This document shows, in pieces, positions 18,263 through 26,511 of a stretch of DNA of 28,353 nt (positions are counted from its first letter, which is position 1; each line of letters starts with the position of its first letter). Source of the stretch: an uncultured archaeon (GTDB taxonomy: Archaea > Asgardarchaeota > Lokiarchaeia > Sigyniarchaeales > SOKP01); the NCBI GenBank assembly GCA_964493715.1, contig CAZBPC010000006.1, forward strand, positions 61,292-89,644, read 5' to 3'. Below the pieces are notes generated by a model. It did no database searches. It worked only from the letters and a program-made list of their open reading frames with translations, and had not been told where the DNA came from. Both the position numbers and the translations under genes were made by a program.

Positions 18263-18787
18263 TTATTTGAATTCTTTAGCAAATTTCCAAATATAATCAC
18301 TTTTATTTATCGTATGGAGGTTTTGGATAACTTTTCCAGATTTCAATGATTCCATCTCTTTTCCACTATATAATGCTTTCCCTACAACAAGAGATCTATC
18401 ATGAGTTTCATCAACAACCTCGATTATTTCACCTTTTTGAATCAAGGGGTCGATTTTTGTTATTCCTGGTCTCATAATATCCGCTCCACTCAGTGTTATA
18501 TATTTGATTGCTCCCATATCAACAACCACTTTTCTTAATCTTATCTTTTTATTTATTAACTGAGTAAGAACTGGAATAAAACCATGTTCATTAGATTTCC
18601 ATAACTTTAATTCATCATTAATTGCATATAATGTATCACCGTGATCCGTTAAAATTACTTCAATTCGCGATTTCTTTGGAAATAAACTATCTACAAAATT
18701 TTGATCGTAACGTTTTAAAATCTCATCCTTTAGTGCTTTAATCTCTGAGGATTTTATGAAATGTCGCTGTCTTATATTCATGCTCAT
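18263..18787 (-). CDS. PUA-domain RNA-binding protein (archaeal MCT-1/Tma20-like; DUF1947 + PUA)
   Basis: RHFIKSSEIK N-terminus, VVVDMGAIKYI..GADIMRPGI, GKVIQNLH...D.IW. Confidence 0.9.
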   Translation of the reverse strand: MSMNIRQRHFIKSSEIKALKDEILKRYDQNFVDSLFPKKSRIEVILTDHGDTLYAINDELKLWKSNEHGFIPVLTQLINKKIRLRKVVVDMGAIKYITLSGADIMRPGITKIDPLIQKGEIIEVVDETHDRSLVVGKALYSGKEMESLKSGKVIQNLHTINKSDYIWKFAKEFK

Positions 18788-18912
18788 TATGAGAAAACAA
18801 TTAATTGAATAAAAGTTTTACACATGCTTTCTAGTAGTAGAATTCTAAAAATAAAACAATTGATTTAAAAAATGTAAATCTATAATATAAATAATCGGTT
18901 TCAAAATAATAA

Positions 18913-19512
18913 ATGATCAAAATGAGTAAAGAATCAAGTGATATCGTTTTTCAAGGTCGGACTGAAGCGATTTATAAGGTAATTGTTATTGGAGACCCGG
19001 CAGTTGGTAAAACTAGCCTTCTCACGAAATTTGCAAAGAATAAATTCGAGGAACGTTACATCGCAACAGTCGGTGTTAATATAGTCAAAGAACCAATAAC
19101 TCTGACAAATAGAGATGCTACAATAAATCTAATGATGTGGGACGTGGCAGGACAATTGGAATACGAGATTCTCGTGCCAGTCTAACCGCAATTTTACATG
19201 CTACACCGTCCCTACTTCAATGGAGCGGATGCAATGATTTTAGTCTTTGACGTCACGCGCTCAAGCACTTTCAGTAACATTAATAACTGGTATAATACAG
19301 CAGTAAAATATGGCTTGAGCCATATACCACGAATTCTTGTTGGCAACAAAATTGATCTAAAGGATGATCGAAAGATTATCTTGCCAATGGCAGAACATTT
19401 AAGTGAAAAACTTGATGCTCCATATTACGAAACTTCTGCTCTAACTGGAAAGAATGTGAAGGAAGTATTTAATAAAATCGCAGAACTTGTATACGAATCA
19501 AAATCGTCTTAA
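18913..19512 (+). CDS. Rab-like small GTPase encoded in two exons, join(18913..19155,19186..19512); 189 aa spliced (186 aa from ATG 18922)
   Basis: The two ORF-track fragments are in the same frame. Exon 1 has G1 GDPAVGKT, G2 ATVG and G3 WDVAGQ. Exon 2 has PQFYMLHRPYFNGAD..LVFDVT, G4 GNKID and G5 ETSAL. Removing 30 nt restores normal Rab switch II spacing. Confidence 0.88.
19156..19185 (+). other. Putative 30-nt bulge-helix-bulge/loop (tRNA-endonuclease-type) mRNA intron
   Basis: Insert TTGGAATACGAGATTCTCGTGCCAGTCTAA. Central 4-bp helix GGAC(19150-53)/GTCT(19180-83). 5' bulge AAT(19154-56). Intron stem TGG/CCA plus TACGAG/CTCGTG with an ATT loop. 3' bulge AAC(19184-86). Cutting after the 2nd nt of each bulge excises exactly 19156..19185. 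Confidence 0.8.
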
Positions 19513-19586
19513 GATTTAATTATATATTTTTTTACCAAATTTTTCTATAATAAGAATTTTTAACTAAAAGTGTTAGTTCATTTTAA

Positions 19587-20228
19587 TTAATGCTTCAATT
19601 CTAATTTATTAATCCAAAAAGTGATTTTTTCACTTAGATGATCCTTTAAACTTGGCGAATTAGGATTTTCCATTTCAAAATTTTCTGATAATGATTTAAG
19701 AGTGTCAAGTCGATTAATGATTTGGGAAATTTCATATAAAATTCTGTGACCCCCTGTAAATTCAAAAATCTCTTCTTTAATTTTTTCAAGAGCCGGGATA
19801 ACATCTTTCGGGTTTTCCATGCGTGATATTTCAGATTGCAAATCTAATAAATCAGATCGAATTGAGTTTTTCATATCAGTAGCATCTTTTTTTCTTTCTA
19901 TTTTTTGAATTTCAGGTCTTTCTTTTTTGCTTATCCTATTTGCATTGGTAGCAAGTGTTTTAAGCAAATCAATTTCCTCTATAATAGTTTTTTGCCCTTG
20001 TATGATATTATAAAATTGCGGAGACATACTTTTGACATCTAGAGTAACATCATATAATTCATTAACCTTATCTGTTAACTTGTTTAATTTCATGTTCGTC
20101 TGACCTAATTTGGTTATCAAATCCAAACCAAATTTTTCTAATATCGATGAGAAGAGCGTTATTTTATCATTGAGTTCTTTATATATTTCTTGTAATGATA
20201 GTTCTTCATCGTCACTTTTATCAGTCAT
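19587..20228 (-). CDS. Hypothetical coiled-coil protein
   Basis: 213 aa, heptad-rich helical sequence, no recognised motif. Confidence 0.75.
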   Translation of the reverse strand: MTDKSDDEELSLQEIYKELNDKITLFSSILEKFGLDLITKLGQTNMKLNKLTDKVNELYDVTLDVKSMSPQFYNIIQGQKTIIEEIDLLKTLATNANRISKKERPEIQKIERKKDATDMKNSIRSDLLDLQSEISRMENPKDVIPALEKIKEEIFEFTGGHRILYEISQIINRLDTLKSLSENFEMENPNSPSLKDHLSEKITFWINKLELKH

Positions 20229-20436
20229 TAAAGATACAACCCCTTGATTTAGAAATGAATTGGCAATAATATTTACTTTCTAAAAAGATCAATTTTTTAT
20301 TATTCTTCTTTATTTATTAATATAGTATTTAAATTTAAATTCCTTTATCTTGAAAATATGATATAACATCATTTAAGATCGCTTCTTTGTGCGATATTTT
20401 AAGCTCCACTCCAAAATAAAATTATACAAGTATAAG

Positions 20437-20444
20437 TTTATATT
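20437..20444 (+). promoter_or_regulatory. Candidate archaeal TATA box for the longin-GTPase gene
   Basis: TTTATATT about 26 nt upstream of ATG 20470, consistent with a near-leaderless transcript; the AT-rich background limits certainty. Confidence 0.3.
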
Positions 20445-20469
20445 GAATACAGAATAAAAGGTCATTACG

Positions 20470-21357
20470 ATGATACAATACATCAATGTCTTAACTAAGG
20501 ATGGAAAGAGTCTATTATTTCGAAATTATGGTAGTTCGGATGTTGATAGAGATTTGTTAGCAGGATTTTTAAGCGCCTTTTCTGGATTTATGAAGGAAAT
20601 TAGCCAAAGTGATATAAGATCAACAGCAACAGACGAGTTTAAATATTATTATACGATTATCGAGGATATAATTATTGTAGTGTGTACTGATTTAGAAGAA
20701 GACGATGCTTCAATTAATTCAAAAATAACAACAATCAAAATCAAGTTCATTGAAAAATTCGGAGAAATCATAGCTAACGGTTCATGGGCGGGTAATCGAG
20801 CAGTTTTCAATAGTTTTGAAAAGGATATTGACGACATAATACTTGGTGCGATAAAAGTTTCGATTATAGGACTTGGAGGTGTGGGCAAGACTACTTTATT
20901 ACATTTGATATGTGGGAAGGATATTGACCTTGAATATATTCCCACGATCAATGTAGACATCACCTCCTTTAATAATTTTGAAGGGATTTATAGATCCGTA
21001 ATTTTTTGGGATTTTGCAGGGCAAAAAAATTTTCGCTCATTATGGAGAAGCTTGCTTGATAATACAGATATTGCCTTATTAGTATTAGATTCGAGCTTTG
21101 AAAATGTAAATCATAGCAAAGAAATTATAAAAGATATTCTTGATAAATATTACAATGACATTCTGGTAATTGGCATAGCCAATAAACAAGATCTTCCTAA
21201 TCGCCTTACACCTGAATTTTGCGAGCGAATTATATCCAAAGCAGATCGACAACCACCAATAAAAGTCCATGGAATGATTGCTATAAATGAAGTCTATCGA
21301 GAAAAAATACATGCAATAGTTAGGGATGCCATTAAACAAGTCTATCCCAATAGTTAA
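20470..21357 (+). CDS. Longin-like domain fused to an Arf/Rab-like small GTPase
   Basis: N-terminal MIQYINVLTKDGKSLLFRNY...LLAGFLSAFSGFMKEI (longin/sigma-adaptin-like pattern). C-terminal G1 GLGGVGKT, PTI, WDFAGQ, NKQD. Confidence 0.88.
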   Translation: MIQYINVLTKDGKSLLFRNYGSSDVDRDLLAGFLSAFSGFMKEISQSDIRSTATDEFKYYYTIIEDIIIVVCTDLEEDDASINSKITTIKIKFIEKFGEIIANGSWAGNRAVFNSFEKDIDDIILGAIKVSIIGLGGVGKTTLLHLICGKDIDLEYIPTINVDITSFNNFEGIYRSVIFWDFAGQKNFRSLWRSLLDNTDIALLVLDSSFENVNHSKEIIKDILDKYYNDILVIGIANKQDLPNRLTPEFCERIISKADRQPPIKVHGMIAINEVYREKIHAIVRDAIKQVYPNS

Positions 21358-21471
21358 TTAAAATGATTCAAGGATATATAAGTATTTTAAGAGATTAAAA
21401 TTGAGATTTACAAGCTATTTAATAAAACTTTTAAGATTTTCGATATTATTTAATATAAAATTTCAGTATAA

Positions 21472-23229
21472 ATGGTGTCTAGTCTGATAGATTTTGAAAT
21501 AGAAGAAATTAATAGTTATAAGAAAGACGATCGAGATACAATTCTTTTGCCAGAGTTAACTGAAGAAGAAAAACGAATTATAGATCCAATAGTAGCTCCA
21601 ACGTCAGGTTTAAGGATTCAAATATTTGATATCAGAGAGAAAAATCTCTATTTCTTAACACAAAGAAAGTTATTTCTATTTTTACGAGTCTTTAAAGCAA
21701 TTAGCTTGAAATATAAAAAATTGAAGAACAACAAAAATTTGAATGTTTTGATTGTAACTGATAATCGTCCTAGTAAGGATATATTGCTCCAATATTGTTC
21801 TGAAATTTTAGCAAGTGATGGATTCACTATATACCATCAAGAAGATGTTAAAGGAGAGTCAAAACTATCTTCTCCCTACGCAGCAGCTTCAGTCGCATTA
21901 CTCAAGGATATCAATCTAATATTAATGCTAACGGCGTCTCATAATGATTTATCATGGAACGGTATCAAATTTTACATTGATTATCCCATGCCCATGTCAG
22001 GTGATATGTTCAAAGAAATCTCTAAGTGTGCCATGGAATTAAATGAAATCACTCTGAAAAGGGATTATACTCCAGAAATAGTTAATGCAGAAAAAATAAA
22101 TAACGAACATGTGAAGCAATTATTATCAGATGTATTAGAAATTAAGAGTATTAACGGAAAAAATATAGTAATATGGCCTTATCTTGGAAAAGCTAGAGGA
22201 ATTGTGAATTTATTTAAGGATTATGGGGCAAATGTCATTCTTATAGATGAAGAAATCAATCCTCCAAACCCATTAAAAGAATTAAGACCAGAAAAATTGC
22301 AGAAAATAATGAATGAAAATCATTCTGATCTTGCTTTATTACTAGACGCAGATAGAGATAGAATAGCATTGTACACTAAGCAAAATGGTGAATACTACTT
22401 TTATATCCCAAACGAAATTTATTCCGCATTGCATAATATATTAGCAAAGAGTTATGGTAAAAAGATTTTTAATGTTAGGACCATTCCAAGTGATTTAAGA
22501 GGAGATAATTTAAGTTTCCTTAATATATTGACTGGCGTAGGTTATAAACATTTAGGTATTATTCTTTATTTCTTATTTGACGTGGAAGTTGAAAAATCGA
22601 AAGTCGATTCAGCTATTCTCTATTTAGAGGATAAAAATAAGAATTTAATAAAAATAGATAACCCAACTCTTCTGAAAGAGAAAATTTCAGATTTTTTAAA
22701 CCAAATCAAATCAAAGTTCTTTGATCGAAATTGGCTCATTGTTATGTGGGAGGAATCAGGAGGACACACTTTAAATGTCTTTAAAATTAATCCTGAAAAA
22801 GATCATGGGGAATATAAGTTCATAACTAAATTTCCACTAATAGCAGATAAATATCCCGTTACTGCTCTAGTTCTCATAGCTGAGTTAATTTCACGGGGTC
22901 ATGTTATTTCCGAATCAATAAATTGGTCAATAAAAGGAATTAATCAAACAATCCCCGCTATTGACGAAGAAAAGGTCAGAATTATGAATAACTTCAGTAA
23001 AAATGACGATCAAAATATAACGATTGCAGGGAAGAGTTATAATGTAAAAGCCTTATCAGACAATATAGGCAACGTAGACATATATCAATTAAAAAGCCAA
23101 AATTCGACTCTTTATTTTCGCCCGAGTGGAACTGGACCGGAGGTTCGGTTTTATATTTTTGGGAATCGAGAAACTCATCTTGCTGAGATTGGAGAAGTTC
23201 AAAAATATGTTAGTGAGAATTACAAATGA
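21472..23229 (+). CDS. Alpha-D-phosphohexomutase (PGM/PMM/GlmM superfamily)
   Basis: TSGLR, TASHN (catalytic Ser), DADRDR (metal loop), WEESGG, RPSGTGP. Confidence 0.9.
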   Translation: MVSSLIDFEIEEINSYKKDDRDTILLPELTEEEKRIIDPIVAPTSGLRIQIFDIREKNLYFLTQRKLFLFLRVFKAISLKYKKLKNNKNLNVLIVTDNRPSKDILLQYCSEILASDGFTIYHQEDVKGESKLSSPYAAASVALLKDINLILMLTASHNDLSWNGIKFYIDYPMPMSGDMFKEISKCAMELNEITLKRDYTPEIVNAEKINNEHVKQLLSDVLEIKSINGKNIVIWPYLGKARGIVNLFKDYGANVILIDEEINPPNPLKELRPEKLQKIMNENHSDLALLLDADRDRIALYTKQNGEYYFYIPNEIYSALHNILAKSYGKKIFNVRTIPSDLRGDNLSFLNILTGVGYKHLGIILYFLFDVEVEKSKVDSAILYLEDKNKNLIKIDNPTLLKEKISDFLNQIKSKFFDRNWLIVMWEESGGHTLNVFKINPEKDHGEYKFITKFPLIADKYPVTALVLIAELISRGHVISESINWSIKGINQTIPAIDEEKVRIMNNFSKNDDQNITIAGKSYNVKALSDNIGNVDIYQLKSQNSTLYFRPSGTGPEVRFYIFGNRETHLAEIGEVQKYVSENYK

Positions 23230-23252
23230 TATACCAATTTGAATGCTATAAT

Positions 23253-24896
23253 TTAGATATTCTGAATTATTCCTGGAATAGTTAATTTATTTGATTCAAT
23301 CCGTAAAATTCCTTTTTCTTGTAAACTTTTCATTGATTTTAGAGTTTTTTCCTCATCCCATTTTAAACCTTTCATAAAATCTTCCTTGTTTAAGGGTTTC
23401 TTTGAGATAGCATATTTGATGAATTTTTTTTCAGTAGGATTTAATTTTAAATCTTTAAATAAATACAGTTCGTACTGTCCTAATTTGATTGTACCAAGAA
23501 TTAACTGTAATTCTTTTAATTGGTTAATTGTTTTTGTAATTTCTTCATCCTTAATATTTGGATGATCCTTTAAAATGAAATTCTTAATCTTTTCGTATTG
23601 TATCAACCCACCATTCATAATAGAGTATTTTTCAAGGTAGCTCAATATTTTTTGAGAGATTATTTCAATTAAATCTGGTTGTTCTTCTTTAATATTTTCA
23701 ATTTCACTTTCTAATTGACTTTCTTCCTTTATTGATTGTGGTAAGATTTTCACTGCAGGCTTTTTATCGAACTTTATCTGTGGTATCAATTCTTCCTCTA
23801 ATTCATCGATTTTTTCAAGTTCTTCCTTGGCTTCATCTGATATTAGCTCTTGTTCCTCAATGTTAATCTTTTTCGTAGTAACTTCTAGTTGAGTTTTCAG
23901 CTTTTTCATTAGTTCTAATTGACGCTTGAGTTTTTCCTCCTCCTTTAAATTCTCTTGTTTAATTTGATTTTCAATTAACTCGTTCCATTTAGCTTTTTCT
24001 TTAAATAATTCGATTTGAATATCATCATCGCTTAAAGTAAGAATGCCTTTATCTACTAAACCCTTTAAAATCTTTGTTGCATAAATATAATCCCATTGCG
24101 TCAATTTTAATAATTCTTGTACAGACAGTTCAGGTTCATCATACCCGAATGTAATGACGACTTTTTCTGGATTAGTGAACTCTAAATCTACCTTTTTAAC
24201 GTATATAAGTTGGAGCGTAGTGTTGATCTCAATAATATCTCTTATTAAATGTGTTTTTTTCATTAGATTTAATATAGGCAAGATATCGCTATTTTTTAAA
24301 TTTCTAATGTCCTTAAATAAGTGATACTTTAAGTTTTGGATAGGTATAAATTTTAAAGAATCTAATTCATGTTTTTGGATTATTTTAATAAAACGTCGAG
24401 ACATTTTCTCATAATACAATCCACTACCAATATCAACCTTTCGAGAAGAATCATCAAATAGCTCGGTATCTAAGGATTCAAGTTTTTTAATGGTTTCTTT
24501 CAGATTTTTAATGTCAGTCATTAATTCTTCCTTGGTCTTTGGCATCGCTGATAACAATCCTGATGTCGATATCCGGTACTCTTTTCCTCCCTTTTCGACC
24601 ATCTCAGTTTCATAATTTCCTGACTTTACCTGCCCTTCAATGAGTTTTATCTTTTCTTTTACCGTATCTTCAACTTCGGTTTTAGTTTCATTAATTAACT
24701 TTGAGATTTTTAACAACTTCTCTGTCATAATATTCCGACTTTCTTTAACTACGTACTTTTCAACGTGTTTTACTTTCTGTTCAATTGTGGACCGTTTATC
24801 TCTTTTTTCAATATGGCTTTTATATCTGAGTGTAAATAAGAAAAAAAATATCAATAAACTTCCTGAAATGAGTAATGAGATGGCTTGTACTTGCAT
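23253..24896 (-). CDS. Membrane-anchored protein with two EAP30/Vps22-Vps36-like tandem winged-helix modules
   Basis: N-terminal TM (ISLLISGSLLIFFFLFTL) and coiled coil. Module 1 (~aa159-295): GLYYEKM...LSVQELLKLTQWD...ILKGLVDKGIL. Acidic coiled linker. Module 2 (~aa410-545): MNGGLIQYEKI...LNPTEKK...GLKWDEEKTLKSMKSLQEKGIL. Confidence 0.7.
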   Translation of the reverse strand: MQVQAISLLISGSLLIFFFLFTLRYKSHIEKRDKRSTIEQKVKHVEKYVVKESRNIMTEKLLKISKLINETKTEVEDTVKEKIKLIEGQVKSGNYETEMVEKGGKEYRISTSGLLSAMPKTKEELMTDIKNLKETIKKLESLDTELFDDSSRKVDIGSGLYYEKMSRRFIKIIQKHELDSLKFIPIQNLKYHLFKDIRNLKNSDILPILNLMKKTHLIRDIIEINTTLQLIYVKKVDLEFTNPEKVVITFGYDEPELSVQELLKLTQWDYIYATKILKGLVDKGILTLSDDDIQIELFKEKAKWNELIENQIKQENLKEEEKLKRQLELMKKLKTQLEVTTKKINIEEQELISDEAKEELEKIDELEEELIPQIKFDKKPAVKILPQSIKEESQLESEIENIKEEQPDLIEIISQKILSYLEKYSIMNGGLIQYEKIKNFILKDHPNIKDEEITKTINQLKELQLILGTIKLGQYELYLFKDLKLNPTEKKFIKYAISKKPLNKEDFMKGLKWDEEKTLKSMKSLQEKGILRIESNKLTIPGIIQNI

Positions 24897-25084
24897 TTTT
24901 CGACCAACTTGTACAATTCGATATTTAGATTAACATGTATATTTATTAATTTTGGTTAAATTTTTTTTTCTATTTCAAGATATCTAGTTCTATATTATAA
25001 ATTTATGTGCAATAAATAATTAAAACTACTTAACTAAAATCCTTTCACTGGATATTAATATAATAGGAAATTGAGTAAATTAGC

Positions 25085-26341
25085 ATGCAAGAAAAAATTA
25101 TTGATGATCAAATTCATGAAAAAATGACTTTGGGAAATGTATTCAAAATTTTCAATGACAACGTTTTTCCAATGTTAAATGAAGAGGAAAAAGAGTATTG
25201 TAATCAACTCCAAGAATTCTGCTTGGAGTTAAACCCAAAAATCGACAAGTCAAAAGATGTCTACGTCTTATTTCCCGAACTAGGAAAGCATGGATATATG
25301 CAGCGAATAAATCTTTGGAATGATTTCAAACCGTTCGGTATGAAAAAAGAAATATTGCTTGGAACCCATTTATCCATGTTAGATCCTCAATTGGAATTAG
25401 GGCGTTTGGCAAGCGGAATATTGTGTGGAAATCCAACCTTTCATTATTACAGCCATGGTGGAACAGGAGATACAATTCGCAAAGTACAAGATGAGTTGAT
25501 GTCTGGTCAAAAAATCGGATGTATTGGAATTACAGAACCTAATCGAGGATCAGATGCGGTTAACATGACCACCATCGCCTCGAAAGATGGAGATGCTCTT
25601 ATCTACAATGGTGAAAAAGTATACACCACAAACGGTCCCAAAGCAGATTATTTCTGTGCTTATGGAGTTCATAGCGCAGAAGATCCTAGAGGTACCATGG
25701 TTCAAGCAATGATCAAAAGAGATTTTGGAGTAAGAACTGAACGATTGAAAATAAATTCTGTACCAAGGGTCCATATTGCTCATACATATTTTAAAGATGT
25801 AAAAATTCCAAGAGAATACATCCTTGCAGATAATGGTCAAGGGTACGTTAGACTCTTTGAAGGTTTGGTTCCAGAAAGACTTGGTATCATGGGATCAGGA
25901 ATTGGCATATGTTGGGCCGGATTAATCTATGGAATCATCTATACAAACCTAAGAAAACAATTTGGCAAACCAGTTGTTCGATACCAAGGTGTAGGTTATG
26001 GACTTGCAGATTTATTAACGAAATCTACTGCAGCTACGAGTTTAGCATTACAAGCTGCAACGATCTATGATGATAAAATTCTTTTTGCTGAAAAGTCATC
26101 AAAGGAAGCAGAGAAGTGGGTAGCAGGAATTTCATCCCAAGGAAAATATTATGTTGCGAAGCTAACTCATGAGATCTGCTATGAAGTCCAACAGCATTGT
26201 GGTGGTGTCAGTGTAACTGATAATACACCTATAGATGAACTCACAGATGTAAGTAAAATTGAAGAGGTCATAGGTGGAGCAAGAAATATTCAACTTCTCC
26301 TAATTCAGAATCAAATTCAAAGATATTTGAGTTTATTTTAA
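25085..26341 (+). CDS. Acyl-CoA dehydrogenase family protein
   Basis: GCIGITEPNRGSD, NGEKVYTTNG, RKQFGKPV..YQGV, QHCGG, IEEVIGGA. Confidence 0.93.
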   Translation: MQEKIIDDQIHEKMTLGNVFKIFNDNVFPMLNEEEKEYCNQLQEFCLELNPKIDKSKDVYVLFPELGKHGYMQRINLWNDFKPFGMKKEILLGTHLSMLDPQLELGRLASGILCGNPTFHYYSHGGTGDTIRKVQDELMSGQKIGCIGITEPNRGSDAVNMTTIASKDGDALIYNGEKVYTTNGPKADYFCAYGVHSAEDPRGTMVQAMIKRDFGVRTERLKINSVPRVHIAHTYFKDVKIPREYILADNGQGYVRLFEGLVPERLGIMGSGIGICWAGLIYGIIYTNLRKQFGKPVVRYQGVGYGLADLLTKSTAATSLALQAATIYDDKILFAEKSSKEAEKWVAGISSQGKYYVAKLTHEICYEVQQHCGGVSVTDNTPIDELTDVSKIEEVIGGARNIQLLLIQNQIQRYLSLF

Positions 26342-26511
26342 TTCCTTACTTTATTTTTATTCTTTACTTTTGCACAAAGAGAAAAAATAATTTCATATTT
26401 AATTAGATTTAGCTAAATAATGTCTTTACTCACCTGAATTGAATTTCTCAAAAATGACAGTATTTATTATTTATTTGATTATAATATAAAAATTTATTAT
26501 TGGAATGGATT

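Noticed and set aside
19183-19185. Stop-codon readthrough or recoding (Sec/Pyl) as the explanation for the split GTPase
   Set aside because: The stop is TAA, not TGA or TAG. Readthrough would also leave 10 extra residues in switch II; precise 30-nt removal fits better.
19154-19185. Spliceosomal, group I/II intron or IS footprint
   Set aside because: No GT...AG ends in any equivalent register, far too short for a self-splicing ribozyme, and only a 2-nt AA redundancy at the ends with no transposon termini.
18913-19512. Two separate genes or a pseudogene, as the ORF track suggests
   Set aside because: Both halves are in one frame with all motifs intact and no other lesion, and the insert boundaries coincide with predicted endonuclease cuts. 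This is disfavoured but not formally excluded without RNA data.
22558-22746. Intein or intron in the phosphohexomutase insertion
   Set aside because: No C/S...HN-C/S/T intein ends, no stop codon and no evident BHB fold; it reads as ordinary protein.
704-25840. Short antisense/overlapping ORFs in the track (704-898, 1700-1882, 2853-3107, 3017-3298, 4130-4375, 7639-7884, 8322-8567, 12362-12550, 14010-14207, 15881-16090, 16195-16452, 16467-16763, 16926-17117, 17368-17622, 20649-20963, 21085-21339, 24640-24933, 25550-25840)
   Set aside because: They lie opposite better-supported genes and show no motifs; shadow ORFs.
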